The notes under the pieces are model-generated. The model was not told where the DNA came from, did no database searches, and worked only from the letters and a program-made list of their open reading frames with translations. DNA of 64,000 nt from assembly GCA_963707215.1 (NCBI GenBank), contig CAVPPB010000001.1:32001-96000 (forward strand). The letters are read 5' to 3'. Positions 19,834 to 30,556 of the stretch are shown one piece after another (the stretch's first letter is position 1; each line of letters opens with the position of its first letter). The translations under genes and the position numbers were made by a program. Origin of the DNA: an uncultured Chloroflexia bacterium (lineage in GTDB: Bacteria; Chloroflexota; Limnocylindria; Limnocylindrales; CSP1-4).

Positions 19834-19985
19834 CCGATGCCGGCGGACCCGTCGACAGCCCGGTCGGCGCGCGTGAGGATAGCATGGCGCTCGCCGGCCC
19901 ATCAAGGACGGCGCCTCTCGCAGGCCGGGCGACCGGCCCCTGCCCGACCCCCCGGCCTCCCGGGAGGCCAGCCGGATCGAGGCGC

Positions 19986-20962
19986 TCACTCGAGCCCCGT
20001 CAGGACCGCGATCTCCTCCGGGCCAAGCTCGGGTCGTCCGGTCAGTTCCCGGAGGCGGTTGACCCGTTCGACGATCGGCGGATGGGTCGAGAAGAGCCCC
20101 GACGCTCGCTTCTCGAACTTCTTGATCGGGTTCGTGAAGTAGAGGTGCTGGGTAGCCCGGTTGGCGACCTCGAGGACCTCGCGATCCCCTGCGATCACCG
20201 CGAGCGCCCGCTCCAGGCCGTACGGGTTGCGGGTCAGCTCGACGGACGAGGCATCCGCCAGGTACTCGCGCTGGCGACTGACCGCCATCTGGACGAGCCG
20301 GGCGACGATCGGGGCGACGATCGCCAGGACGATCGCCACGACGGCCATGATCGCAGCCAGTCCGGCCCCATCCCGGCTTCCCCCGCGCGACGATCCGCGG
20401 CCGCCGCCGAACCAGAACGACCAGCGCAGGTACATGTCCGCGAGCAGGGCGATGCTGCCCACGAGCACCCCGACCATCAAGGTGAAGCGGATGTCGAAGT
20501 TGCGGACATGGGACAGCTCGTGGCCGATGACGCCCTGGAGTTCCTCGCGATCGAGCTTCTGGAGCAGCCCGGTCGTCACCGCGACCGAGGCATGGTCCGG
20601 GTCGCGCCCGGTCGCGAACGCGTTCGGCGCCGTATCGTCGATCAGGTAGACCTTCGGCATCGGCAGCCCAGCTGCCAGCGACAGCTCGCGGACGATGTTG
20701 ATGAGCTGCGGCGCCTGCGCCTCGTCGACCGGTTTCGCACCCGAGGCCGCCAGGACGAGCTTGTCGCCCGAGAAGTACGAGCCGAGCGACAGCGCAGTCC
20801 CCAGCGCGATCGCCCCGAGGGTGACCGCCAGGGCACCCGCGACCTCGGCGGTCAGCGCATAGCCGATCGCCATCCCGAGGGCTGCCAGCAGAGCGACCAC
20901 GACGAGCGCCAGCAGGAACGAGTTCCGCGGTTGGCGGACTGCTGCTGGTAGAACGTCGTCAT
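19986..20962 (-). CDS. htpX: M48 zinc metalloprotease HtpX (1-nt frameshift near 20928)
   Basis: PNAFATGR, GVIGHELSHV (HExxH), SRQREYLADA and STHPP motifs. The true N-terminus MTTFYQQQSANR lies in another frame from ATG 20962. Confidence 0.93.
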
Positions 20963-21053
20963 CCGGCCCTCCGGGATCAGCGCCGACCGACGACCCCTAG
21001 CGTCGAACCGGCTCGACCGACTCGCTCGCAGGTCGCCGGACGCTCGCCGGATC

Positions 21054-21630
21054 CTACGTCCGGAGGCTCAGATCGACGGTCGGCACCTGGTCTCGACCTC
21101 GTCAGGCGCATCGAAGAACTCGCGCCGGATGAAGCCGAGCGGTCCCGGCGATGATGACGGCCGGGAACGTCGCGATCTGGGTGTTGTAGTCCCGGACCGT
21201 CGCGTTGTAGTGCTGCCGTGAGAAGCTGATCTGGTTCTCGGTCGTGGTCAGCTGCTCCTGGAGGCTCAGGACGTTCTCGTTGGCCTTGAGGGTCGGGTAG
21301 TTCTCGACCACGGCGAACAGCGATCGGAGGGCGCCGGTCAGCATGTTCTCGGCAGCGGCCTGCTCGGCCGGGCCACGTGCCCCGGCGGCGATCGCGGCAG
21401 CCCGGGCCTCGGTCACCTTCGTCAGGGTGTCCTGCTCGAACTCCAGGTAGCCCTTGACGGCACTGACGAGGTTCGGGATCAGGTCGTAGCGCCGCTTGAG
21501 CTGGACCTCGATCTGGGCGAAGGCCTCGTCGACGCGGAGCCGCCGCTGGACCAAGCCGTTGTAGATGAGGATGACGGCGATCACCACCGACCGCGACGAC
21601 GACGAGGACGATCAGCAGGCCGATCTCCAT
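21054..21630 (-). CDS. lemA: LemA family protein (frameshifts near 21590 and 21140; end approximate)
   Basis: YNGLV, IEVQLKRRYDLIPNLV, ENYPTLKAN and FSRQHYN motifs, in lemA-htpX synteny. Confidence 0.92.
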
Positions 21631-21819
21631 GGAGCACCCCGTCTGGGCGAGGCCGGGTGGCCTCGGGTGCGGCCAGTCTAGCAGCGGGCCTGGGGCGCAA
21701 GGCAGGGCCGTTCGGAGGGAGATGCACCTATCGGGGGAACGGCGGCGGCACGTCGCCCGGGTCCAGGCCTGGAGGGTCGACGCCGCCCGCGCCCCGGCAG
21801 CCAGGGCCGGTGCCGTGAG

Positions 21820-21896
<77 letters not shown>

Positions 21897-21962
21897 TCGA
21901 CCGATGCTACTCCCGGGAACGCGAAGCGGGCGACTCGCGCCGCCCGCCGGTCAGGCGAGGGG

Positions 21963-22047
21963 TGGTGCCCAGGCCGGGACTTGAACCCGGATGAGTTGCC
22001 TCATACGCCCCTCAAACGTACGCGTATACCAATTCCGCCACCTGGGC
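21963..22047 (-). tRNA. tRNA-Leu(GAG)
   Basis: GCCCAGGTGGCGGAATTGGTATACGC, TACGT-TTGAGGG-GCGTA anticodon arm, variable arm, GGTTCAAGTCC and ACCA end. Confidence 0.95.
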
Positions 22048-22087
22048 ATGCCTTGGAGAGCCGTGATCCTCTTGAGGGTAGAGGTGA

Positions 22088-22176
22088 TGGTACCGAGGAC
22101 GGGATTTGAACCCATACGGGCCTTACAGCCCACTAGCTCCTGAGGCTAGCGCGTCTACCAGTTCCGCCACCTCGGC
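22088..22176 (-). tRNA. tRNA-Leu(CAG)
   Basis: GCCGAGGTGGCGGAACTGGTAGACGC, CTAGC-CTCAGGA-GCTAG anticodon arm, variable arm, GGTTCAAATCC and ACCA end. Confidence 0.95.
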
Positions 22177-22212
22177 GTTGGATCCGGCCCTCCGGTCGGC
22201 TCGCGCGGACGC

Positions 22213-23940
22213 TCACCGGCCGTCAGCGAGGCGCCATGCTACCACATCGTAGAAACGGTCGGCCGTCTCGCTGACGAGCCGCGGCGTGGGTCCCTGGAGC
22301 TCCGAAACGGCGACTACGGCCTCGTCCCGGAAGGCCAGCGGCAGCATCGGCTGGCTCAGGCGCAGGTAGGCCTGCAGCTCCCGGAACGCCGCCAGTCGTT
22401 CCTCGGCCGAACCCGGCGTCCTTGCCGCCTCCAGCAGGCGGTCCAGCGAAGGATCCTGGAGCCCCGAGAGGTTCGCTCCGCCGCCGATGGTCTGGGTCGA
22501 GGCGAGGAGTGGGTACAGGTCCGGATCCAGGCCGATGGCGAGGTCCACGACGGCTGCCTCGTAGTCACCGGCCTCGATCCGTGCGGCGAGCTCGGCGGGG
22601 GGCAGATGGATGAGCGTGACCTCGATCCCGAGGGCCCGCCAATCCGAGGCCACCGCCTCGGCCGCGGCATGGGTGGCCCGGTTCGTCGTCTCGACGGGGG
22701 CGAGCAGCTCGACGGTGCCCGTCGTCCCGGCCCCTGGGATCGCCCAGGCCGAGCCCTTGGCCGTCCAGCCACCTGCCGCCAGGAGCTTGCGTGCCGCCGC
22801 TGGGTCGTAGGCGATGGGCTCGCTGGCCGATGCATCGAAGGCCCAGGAGTTCGGCGGTATCGGCGCGTCGGCTCTGACGGCCAGGCCCGACAGCGTCGTC
22901 GAGACGAGTCGGTCGCGGTCGATCGCGCTCAGCAGGCCGCGGCGGACACGAGCGTCGCGGAAGGTCGTGCGCGTCGGGCGGACGTCAAGGAGGACGGTCG
23001 TCAGGGTCGTCGACGGGTAGCGGATGAGGCGCAGCCCCGGATCGCCTGCGACCGCCACCGCATCGCCCGGCGGCAGTCCAGCCGCTGCGTGGACGGTGCC
23101 GGCGATCAACGCCTCGGCGAGCTCGGCCGGCGTGGAATAGAACTCGAGCTCGATCCGGCCAAGGTACGGGACGGGCTGGCCCGGATGGGCCGTGGGCCCG
23201 GGTGTCGCCAGCGAATCGACCGTGGACGCCGCCGGAGCGGGCTCGTCCCTCGCCTCGGGTAGATCCGGGTCGAACGCCTCGAGCTGAGCGCGGCTGGCGC
23301 TCCAGGAGATCACTCGGTAGGGTCCCGAGCCGACGGGCTGCTGGTTGAATGGGTGGGTCGCGAGGAGCTCGGCTGGGACGTCGCCGAGGATGTGCTCCGG
23401 GGCGATCGGCTGGGTCGCTGCCTGGAGGAAGCCGCCGATCGGGTCGCCGATGGAGAACGCCACGGTCCGGTCGTCGACGATCCGGGCGGTCACGTCGCGC
23501 CAGGAGCCTCCGCCGGGGCCCGTGTAGTCGTCGTCGTTCAGGGCGGCCACGGTGAACAGCACGTCACGAGCCGTCACTGGCTCGCCGTCATGCCACACGG
23601 CATCGTCGCGGATGGTGAAGGTCCAGTTGGTCCCAGCCTCGTCGCTGCTCCAGCGCTCGGCGAGGTCCGGAACGAGCGACCCGTCGGGCCCCAGGCGGAC
23701 CAGCCCGGAGAACGCGAGTCGCACGAGCGCCCGATCGGCTGGCGTGATCGCTGCGAAGGGGCTGACCGCCGACGGCCGGCCCACCATCCCCTCGCGGTAC
23801 GGGGCTTCGGACTCCAGCGTCGGACTCGGATCGGCGGGCCCCCCGACCGGACCGGCCAGGGTGGGCAGGGCGAGCGCCAACGTCAGGACCGCCAGCACGG
23901 CCAGCAGCCCAGCCACGACAGCGCGGTCGCGCCCGATCAT
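22213..23940 (-). CDS. Family-5 (peptide/nickel) ABC substrate-binding protein, no adjacent permeases
   Basis: PDLAERW, WTFTIRDDAVWHDGEPVTARDVLFT, PVGSGPY and DARVRRGLLSAIDR motifs, with an N-terminal membrane anchor. Confidence 0.9.
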   Translation of the reverse strand: MIGRDRAVVAGLLAVLAVLTLALALPTLAGPVGGPADPSPTLESEAPYREGMVGRPSAVSPFAAITPADRALVRLAFSGLVRLGPDGSLVPDLAERWSSDEAGTNWTFTIRDDAVWHDGEPVTARDVLFTVAALNDDDYTGPGGGSWRDVTARIVDDRTVAFSIGDPIGGFLQAATQPIAPEHILGDVPAELLATHPFNQQPVGSGPYRVISWSASRAQLEAFDPDLPEARDEPAPAASTVDSLATPGPTAHPGQPVPYLGRIELEFYSTPAELAEALIAGTVHAAAGLPPGDAVAVAGDPGLRLIRYPSTTLTTVLLDVRPTRTTFRDARVRRGLLSAIDRDRLVSTTLSGLAVRADAPIPPNSWAFDASASEPIAYDPAAARKLLAAGGWTAKGSAWAIPGAGTTGTVELLAPVETTNRATHAAAEAVASDWRALGIEVTLIHLPPAELAARIEAGDYEAAVVDLAIGLDPDLYPLLASTQTIGGGANLSGLQDPSLDRLLEAARTPGSAEERLAAFRELQAYLRLSQPMLPLAFRDEAVVAVSELQGPTPRLVSETADRFYDVVAWRLADGR

Positions 23941-23984
23941 GGACGACTCACCGCGCCCTCACGGGCGACTCGAGCATCGCAGCG

Positions 23985-24135
23985 GGGCTCGCGGACATCG
24001 CTCCTCCATACGGGCGTTTGGCTCCATCGATCCCGACCTTGCGCGAGCCACTGGGGACGGGCCCATCGCCAAAGGACCGAAGCGACACACCCGTGGGTGC
24101 GGTCGCGTTATCCAGCCCTCCTAGACCCGCGGGAC
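23985..24135 (-). ncRNA. Candidate structured RNA or cis-element of unknown family
   Basis: Several nested helices in the 230-nt secG-SBP intergenic region (see findings). No known family recognised. Confidence 0.3.
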
Positions 24136-24170
24136 GCGGCCGATGTGACGTCGAGGTGGCGGACGACGCC

Positions 24171-24389
24171 TCAGGCCAGCAGGAAGATCGCCATCGAGAA
24201 GACGACGAAGAGGCCGGCCAGGACGATCGTGAAGCGATAGAGGGTCTTCTCGATGCCGCGCCGGCTCCGGTAGACAGCCGAATCGCCACCGAAGGCCGCC
24301 GAGAGCCCGGTTCCCCGGGCCTGGAGCAGGATGGCGACGACGAGGGCGGCGGCAACGACGATCTGGCCGACGGCCAAGAGAGGGTTCAC
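24171..24389 (-). CDS. secG: Preprotein translocase subunit SecG
   Basis: 72 aa with two TMs and ILLQARGTGLSAAFGG...RRGIEKTL, downstream of tpiA and gpmA. Confidence 0.93.
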   Translation of the reverse strand: MNPLLAVGQIVVAAALVVAILLQARGTGLSAAFGGDSAVYRSRRGIEKTLYRFTIVLAGLFVVFSMAIFLLA

Positions 24390-24451
24390 GTTGGGTCCTG
24401 TTCCTCGTGGGACGGGCAGCCGGGGGATGGTAGCACAGGCCCGGCGCTCCC

Positions 24452-25210
24452 CTAGTCCACCGTCCGGTCGGCCGACCCCTGGGCCGCCACGGAGGCGATC
24501 GCCGCCTCGATCCGGGCCGCGTCGCCGAGGTAGTGGTGCGATCGGGGCCGCAGATCGTCGTCGAGCTCGTACACGAGCGGCACCCCCGTCGGGATGTTCA
24601 GCCCGACGATCGCCTCATTCGAGATGCCGTCGAGATACTTCACGAGGGCCCGCAGGCTGTTGCCGTGGGCCGCGATCAGGGTCCGCCGACCATCCCGGAC
24701 CGCGGGCGCGATCTCGGCCTCCCAATACGGCAGGAACCGGGCGACCGTGTCCTTGAGCGCCTCCGAGCACGGCAGGTCGGCGGGATCGAGGCCCGCGTAG
24801 CGCGGGTCGTGGGCGGGGTGTCGGTCATCGTCCCGGTCGAGCGCGGGCGGCGGCACGTCGTACGAACGCCGCCAGATGCGGACCTGCTCGTCGCCGAATT
24901 CCCGTGCCGTCTCGGCCTTGTTGAGCCCCTGCAGCGAGCCGTAGTGACGCTCGTTCAGGCGCCACGAGTGACGGACGGGGATCCACATCCGGTCGAGCTC
25001 ATCCTGGACGATCCAGAGGGTCCTGATCGCCCGCCGCAGGACCGACGTGAACGCGATGTCGAAGTCGAACCCTCCATCCCGGAGGAGCCGACCGGCCTCG
25101 TGGGCCTCGGCAACGCCGGCGTCCGAGAGATCGACGTCGGTCCAGCCGGTGAAGCGGTTCTCGTGGTTCCAGGTGCTCTCGCCATGGCGGAGCAGGACCA
25201 GGGTCGGCAT
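24452..25210 (-). CDS. gpmA: 2,3-BPG-dependent phosphoglycerate mutase
   Basis: [29 protein letters not shown] and [10 protein letters not shown] motifs. Confidence 0.97.
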   Translation of the reverse strand: MPTLVLLRHGESTWNHENRFTGWTDVDLSDAGVAEAHEAGRLLRDGGFDFDIAFTSVLRRAIRTLWIVQDELDRMWIPVRHSWRLNERHYGSLQGLNKAETAREFGDEQVRIWRRSYDVPPPALDRDDDRHPAHDPRYAGLDPADLPCSEALKDTVARFLPYWEAEIAPAVRDGRRTLIAAHGNSLRALVKYLDGISNEAIVGLNIPTGVPLVYELDDDLRPRSHHYLGDAARIEAAIASVAAQGSADRTVD

Positions 25211-25230
25211 GGGTCCTCCGTCGTCGTCGG

Positions 25231-26019
25231 CTACCGGGTCGCGTTCCGTCGGGCTCCGGCGGTCAGGCCGGCGCTGGCGACGATCCCGGCCATCTCGTCG
25301 GGCTTGAGCGAGGCCCCTCCGACGAGGGCCCCGTCGATCTCCGGCTCGGCCAGGAACTCGTCGATCGTCGCGCTGGTGACGCTGCCGCCGTAGAGGATGG
25401 GCAGGTCACCGGAAGGTTCCAGCCAGCCCAGATCGGAGCAGGCCGCCCGGATCGCCGACGCCATGGCGGAGGCGTCCGCGCCGGTCGCCGTCCTGCCAGT
25501 CCCGATGGCCCAGACCGGCTCGTAGGCGATGACGAGGCCGGCCGAGGCCAGGATCGCGGGATCGTGTGCGGCCAGGGCACCGGCGACCTGGGCCCGAACG
25601 ACCTGCTCGGCGACGCCGCGCTCACGCTCGGCGAGCTGCTCGCCGACGCAGACGATCGGCCGCAGTCCGAACTCGACCGCACGGCCGAGCTTCGCCGCCA
25701 CGAGGGCATCGGTCTCCCCGGCATCGCGCCGCCGCTCGGAGTGGCCGAGGATCACCCAGCTGGCCAGGCCGACCAGCATCGGTGCGGACACCGCGCCGGT
25801 GTAGGCGCCGGCCACCTCATGGTGGACATCCTGCGCTCCGATCTCGACGCCCGCGCCCTCGAGTGCTCGGCCGACCTCGGCCAGACAGACGTACGGTGGG
25901 CAGATGACGCGCGTCACCTCGGGCACGTCGGTCCGCCGGGCGATCGTGGCCGCCAGCTCGCCGGCATCCGACGGGGTCGTGTGCATCTTCCAGTTGGCCG
26001 CGATGACGACGGGTCGCAT
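25231..26019 (-). CDS. tpiA: Triosephosphate isomerase
   Basis: [36 protein letters not shown] and GALVGGASL motifs. Confidence 0.97.
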   Translation of the reverse strand: MRPVVIAANWKMHTTPSDAGELAATIARRTDVPEVTRVICPPYVCLAEVGRALEGAGVEIGAQDVHHEVAGAYTGAVSAPMLVGLASWVILGHSERRRDAGETDALVAAKLGRAVEFGLRPIVCVGEQLAERERGVAEQVVRAQVAGALAAHDPAILASAGLVIAYEPVWAIGTGRTATGADASAMASAIRAACSDLGWLEPSGDLPILYGGSVTSATIDEFLAEPEIDGALVGGASLKPDEMAGIVASAGLTAGARRNATR

Positions 26020-26027
26020 GGCCGGAA

Positions 26028-26926
26028 TCATGCCAGAGGCCGGACATCCGGGCCGCCGCCGACCGGGACGGTCCCCGAGGCGGAACGGCGCGCACGGCGC
26101 CGGCCGCGGTCGGGCCCGCCGAAGGCCAGGCGCTCGAGGCGCTCGAGGCCCGCTGCGCGGTCGAGCGGTGGACACCGGCCCGCTCGGCCAGTTCGCCGAG
26201 AGTGGCCTCGGGCGTCGTCACCCGAGCCTCGGCGACCAGGCGGACCGGACGGGATTGCTCGGCCAACCGACCGTCGGCCGCCAGGACCTCGATCGCCGCG
26301 AGCTGGCGCTCGGCTGCCAGCACGGCCCGCTGCAGATTCGCCGCCTCGGCGTTGAGGACACGGTTCAGCTCGCCGCGGAGCTCCCGCGACACCTGGCGTG
26401 ACTCGAGCTCCAGGACGCTCGCCCCGGCGCCGACCTGCTGCAGGAACTCGGTCACCTGCATCGTGTTCTTCCAGGTGACCACGCCTCGCCCCCGGCGGAC
26501 CCTGGCCGAGGCGGGAAGGCCGATCTCACCGAGCCACTGCGCCAGCTCCGGGGCCTCGGAAGGCTGGACGACGAACTCGAGATGCGTCCGGCCGGAGGCC
26601 AGGCTGAGCGAGCCGCGGGCCAGGAAGCGGCCCCGCAACCACGCCATCCGGCAGTGCTCCGGTGCCCCATCCCAGTCGAATCGGCTCAGCTCGACGGGTC
26701 CGCCGAGCCGATGGACGAGCCGTGCGAGCGGCACGTCGCGCGGGCCGGGGCCATCCCCCAACCCGAGGAGCTGGGCGGTCCGGTCGCAAGCTCGCAGCGG
26801 GTCGATGGCCGCCAGCTCGGCACGGATCGCGGCGACGAGCTCTCGGTCCGGGCGCGCGCTCGGCCGTCGGCGCCCCGCCGCCCCGCCGGCCGTCCGCGAG
26901 TCGCGCCCCTGTTCGGCGCCGCTCAT
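26028..26926 (-). CDS. whiA: DNA-binding protein WhiA (frameshift near 26148)
   Basis: AWLRGRFLARGSL, HLEFV and LNRVLNAEAANL motifs plus HTH PEATLGELAE, in rapZ-yvcK-whiA synteny. The corrected frame QRALERLERLA ends at the stop at 26028. Confidence 0.88.
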
Positions 26927-28269
26927 GCGCTCCGGACCGCCCGGCCACGACGATGCCGGGGCGCCTCTCGCTCGACGAGGCGGATGAGGGACGCCGCCAG
27001 CCGGCCGGGATCGTGGTGATGCGAGTTCGCCGGGTCGACGACGTCATCAAGCACCAGCCGCGGAGCGGCGGTCGCCGGTGGCCAGCGGGGCTGCACCGGG
27101 CGGCCGGTCGCCCCATCCGGGACCAGGGCGTCGAAGTCGCTGTTGGCAAGGACGACGTCGATCAGCTCGGCCCCGGTGTGGGTCACCAGCGCGTCGACGT
27201 GGTCGGCAAGGTCGAGGTCGCTCGTCTCCCCCGGCTGGGTCGCCACGTTGCAGACATAGATCCGGAGCGCCGGCGACGCCGCCACGGCCTCGGCGACTGC
27301 CGGCACGAGCAGCGCGGGGAGGAGGCTGGTGAACAGACTGCCCGGACCAAGGACGATCGCATCAGCGGCAGCGATAGCAGCCAGGGCGTCATCGGACGCC
27401 TCGACGTCGGGAGGCTCGATCCAGACCCGCTCGATCGATCGTGCCCGGGAGATCTGAGACTGGCCCACCAGCTCGCCTCCACCCGCCACCCGCGCATGGA
27501 GAACGACCGGCGTCGGAGAGACCGGCAGCACCCGACCCCGCACGGCGAGGACGCGGTTGACCTGGCGCACGCCCTCCTCGAAGTCGCCGTCCTCGATCGC
27601 CGCCATGGCCGCGATCAGGAGATTGCCCATGGCGTGGCCGGCCAGGGCATCGGCCGGTGCGTCCGCGACCCGCCCGGCCCCGGCCCCGGCCCCGGCCGGG
27701 AAACGGTACTGGAGGAGCGGCCCCATGACCGGTTCGGCGTCGGCCAGGGCCACGATGCAGTTGCGGATGTCCCCGACCGCCGGGATGCCCAGGAACGTGC
27801 GGAGGGCCCCGGACGACCCCCCGTCGTCGGCCACCGTCACGACGGCCGTGAGGTTGCTGGTGTGCTCCTTGAGCCCCCGCAACAACGTCGACAGGCCGGT
27901 CCCACCACCGATCGCCACGACGTTCGGCCCGCGCGCCAGGAAGCGCTTCTGGTAGATCACCTCGACGAGGGCGCGCTCCCCTGGCGCCCGTCGGAGCGGA
28001 TCCGTGACGGCCCTGACCAGGCGGACCGAGCCGAGCGCGAAGAGGCCGAGACCGGCGGTCGCGAGGATGATCCCACGCAGGCCGTAGGGCAGGAACTGCA
28101 GCGTCGCGACGTAGACCAGAGCCTGGAGCGGCCCGTCGACGTCGACCTCACGGTAGATCTGGCGCAGCAAGAGCGCCAGGGCCAGAGCCAGGAGCAACTC
28201 TCCGAGGAAGACGACCACCAGCCAGCGCTTGACGCCGATCCCCGGCCTCAGCCACTGCCGCAGGTTCAT
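26923..28269 (-). CDS. yvcK: YvcK/GlmR (CofD-like) gluconeogenesis factor with N-terminal TM extension
   Basis: [42 protein letters not shown] and [10 protein letters not shown] motifs. Confidence 0.93.
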   Translation of the reverse strand: MNLRQWLRPGIGVKRWLVVVFLGELLLALALALLLRQIYREVDVDGPLQALVYVATLQFLPYGLRGIILATAGLGLFALGSVRLVRAVTDPLRRAPGERALVEVIYQKRFLARGPNVVAIGGGTGLSTLLRGLKEHTSNLTAVVTVADDGGSSGALRTFLGIPAVGDIRNCIVALADAEPVMGPLLQYRFPAGAGAGAGRVADAPADALAGHAMGNLLIAAMAAIEDGDFEEGVRQVNRVLAVRGRVLPVSPTPVVLHARVAGGGELVGQSQISRARSIERVWIEPPDVEASDDALAAIAAADAIVLGPGSLFTSLLPALLVPAVAEAVAASPALRIYVCNVATQPGETSDLDLADHVDALVTHTGAELIDVVLANSDFDALVPDGATGRPVQPRWPPATAAPRLVLDDVVDPANSHHHDPGRLAASLIRLVEREAPRHRRGRAVRSA

Positions 28270-29210
28270 GTCCGCATGAGCTCGCGGTGGAAGACGGCCA
28301 CCCGGACGCGGTCCGTCCGGCGCAGGTGTTCGGCGAGCTCCTCGGTGATGACGATCGAGCGGTGGTAGCCCCCCGTGCACCCGATCGCGATCGTGAGCCT
28401 GGTCCGTCCGTCCGCGGCGTAGGCCGGGGCCAGGAAGTCGAGCAGCTCTTGGGTCAACTCCAGGAAACGGTCGGTCCCGGGCCGGCCGAGCACGAACTCA
28501 CGGACCTGCTCGGTGAGGCCCGACAGCTGCCGCAGTTCGGCTATGTAGTAGGGATTCTCGATGAACCGGACATCGAGCACCAGGTCAGCTTCGAGCGGGA
28601 CGCCGAACTTGAAGCCGAAGCTGATCAGCTGGATGGCCAGTCGATCGTCGACGGGTCCGGCGCCGATCGCCGCGAAGATCCGCTCGCGCAGCTCCCGCAG
28701 CGACAGCTCCGATGTGTCGACGACCACGTCGGCATCCTCCCGGACGGGTCCCAGGAGGTGCCGTTCATAAGCCACCGCATCGGCGATCCCGCGGCCCTCG
28801 GCCAGCGGGTGGCGGTGGCGCGTCTCGGAGAATCGCCGGATGAGCACCTCTTCGCGGGCCTCGAGGAAGAGGATGTCCGGCTGGATGCCACGACCCTCGA
28901 GGGCGCCGCGCATCGCGGCCAGGGCCACCGCGGCATCGCCGGCCCGAACGTCGAGGACGATGGCCACCCGGCTGAATCGCTGGCGGTCATCGGACACCAG
29001 CTCGGCGAGGCCAGGGAGCAGCTCGCCCGGGAGGTTGTCGACGACCGAGTAGCCGAGATCCTCGAAGAGCTTGGAGGCGGCCGTCTTCCCGGCGCCCGAG
29101 AGGCCCGTGATGATGACGACATGGGGCTCGGCCTCGGTCGTCGAACGGCCAGCCCCGGCCAGCGCCTGGGTCGGTGCTCCGGCCTGCTCTGGGTCGTGTT
29201 CGCGCGTCAT
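28266..29210 (-). CDS. rapZ: RNase adapter RapZ/YvcJ P-loop NTPase
   Basis: ITGLSGAGKT, VDNLP, RRFSETRHRHPL, SFGFKFGVP and IGCTGGYHRS motifs. Confidence 0.96.
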   Translation of the reverse strand: MTREHDPEQAGAPTQALAGAGRSTTEAEPHVVIITGLSGAGKTAASKLFEDLGYSVVDNLPGELLPGLAELVSDDRQRFSRVAIVLDVRAGDAAVALAAMRGALEGRGIQPDILFLEAREEVLIRRFSETRHRHPLAEGRGIADAVAYERHLLGPVREDADVVVDTSELSLRELRERIFAAIGAGPVDDRLAIQLISFGFKFGVPLEADLVLDVRFIENPYYIAELRQLSGLTEQVREFVLGRPGTDRFLELTQELLDFLAPAYAADGRTRLTIAIGCTGGYHRSIVITEELAEHLRRTDRVRVAVFHRELMRT

Positions 29211-29298
29211 CGCCGGCAGTGTACCGCCCGAGGGCCCGGCGACCGCCTGCGGCGACGAGTGCCCGCCAGCCGGACCGGCCGACGGGGCCCGACCTCCC

Positions 29299-30084
29299 CT
29301 AGCGGCCGGTCCGCGCGATGACGAAGGTCGTGCCCTCGTACAGGGCGTACATCGTCAGGCCCAACGCGAACGGGCTGACCAGGTCACCGCCGGGGGTGAT
29401 GACCGCCGCGAACAGGGCGATGCCGAGGATCACGTAGCGACGGGCCGAGCGGAGGATCGGCGAGGTCACGATGCCCGCCCTCGACAGCGCGTAGAGGACG
29501 ATCGGGAACTCCATGACCAGCCCGAAGGCCAGGAACATGGTGGTCACGAAGTCGAAGTACGGGCCGGCCGCGATGTTGGCCACGAGGACGTCGTTCGTGA
29601 AGCTCAGGAGGAACGCCGTGGCATACGGCAGGATCACGTAGGCGAGGCCGACCCCGAGGGCGAAGAAGAGAAGAGCGAAGGGGATCCAGGGTCGGACCAT
29701 CCGTCGCTCCTTCGGGGTCAGGCCGGGCGAGATGAAGGCCCAGCCCTGGTAGAGCAGGATCGGCATCGAGACGATCACCCCGAACACGATCGAGACCTTG
29801 AGGAAGATGAAGAAGCCGTCGCCGGGCCCAAGGACCTGGACAGAACCGGTCGGCAGTGGCTCGATCAGGAAAGCGATGATCCGGTCGGCCAGGAGGAAGC
29901 CGACCACCGTCCCGATCCCGACGCCCAGCAGGGCGCGAAAGAGCCGGGTGCGCAGCTCACCGAGGTGGTCGACAAGGGACATGACCTTGTCATCGCCGGA
30001 TGCCTCCGACGGACCGGGCTCCGGTGGTGTCGAGGGGGCCAGCTCCGGCAGCGTGCCGTCGGTCACCAGCTCAGCGTCGGCCAT
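29299..30084 (-). CDS. tatC: Twin-arginine translocase subunit TatC
   Basis: MSLVDHLGELRTRL, WAFISPGL, FEFP-like MEFP and AAVITPGGD motifs. Confidence 0.96.
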   Translation of the reverse strand: MADAELVTDGTLPELAPSTPPEPGPSEASGDDKVMSLVDHLGELRTRLFRALLGVGIGTVVGFLLADRIIAFLIEPLPTGSVQVLGPGDGFFIFLKVSIVFGVIVSMPILLYQGWAFISPGLTPKERRMVRPWIPFALLFFALGVGLAYVILPYATAFLLSFTNDVLVANIAAGPYFDFVTTMFLAFGLVMEFPIVLYALSRAGIVTSPILRSARRYVILGIALFAAVITPGGDLVSPFALGLTMYALYEGTTFVIARTGR

Positions 30085-30106
30085 GGCGGATCGGGTGACG
30101 ACGCGC

Positions 30107-30502
30107 TCAGGTCCTGGGCTGGCTGAGCTCGTTCGGCTGCGGGCTCTCGCTCAGCTCGTTCGGCTGCGACGACTCAGGGGGCTCGGCGGCGGCCGGGGCG
30201 GCTGGCACGGGCTCCGTGGCCGGGGTGGCCGCCGGCGCAGCAGGCTCGGCCGGGGTGGCCGTCTCGACCGGCTGTCCGCCCGCCTCGACCTGGGCAGGTG
30301 CCTGGGTCGTGGCCGTCGGCTCGGCCTTCTTCGGCGCGGTATCGATCTTCGTGGACTCCTGGACGTCGGTCGCAGCCTTCCGGAACTCCCGGATGCTCTT
30401 GCCGAGGGCCGAGCCGACTTCCGGCAGGCGCCCGGGGCCCAGGATGAGCAGGGCGATGACGAGGACGATGACCAGTTCGAGGGGGCCGACGTTGAACGGC
30501 AT
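30107..30502 (-). CDS. tatA: Twin-arginine translocase TatA/TatE subunit
   Basis: GPLELVIVLVIALLILGPGRLPEVGSALGKSIREFRKA, followed by a low-complexity tail. Confidence 0.95.
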   Translation of the reverse strand: MPFNVGPLELVIVLVIALLILGPGRLPEVGSALGKSIREFRKAATDVQESTKIDTAPKKAEPTATTQAPAQVEAGGQPVETATPAEPAAPAATPATEPVPAAPAAAEPPESSQPNELSESPQPNELSQPRT

Positions 30503-30556
30503 GCGCTATGAGACCTCGGGGTTGAGGGCCGCTGACTCGGGCGGCCGCCGACGCGC

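Noticed and set aside
24041-24060. GAGCCACTGGG resembling part of a cobalamin riboswitch
   Set aside because: It is on the strand opposite the downstream gene, and the other conserved elements (GGGAA, CCCGC-ACTGT, B12 box) are absent.
30126-30168. Short direct repeat at 27-nt spacing in the tatA tail (QPNELS twice)
   Set aside because: It is a two-copy coding repeat in a disordered tail, not a CRISPR array or regulatory repeat.
29299-30502. tatAC without tatB
   Set aside because: Minimal TatAC systems are well known in monoderm bacteria, and tatB could lie elsewhere in the genome.
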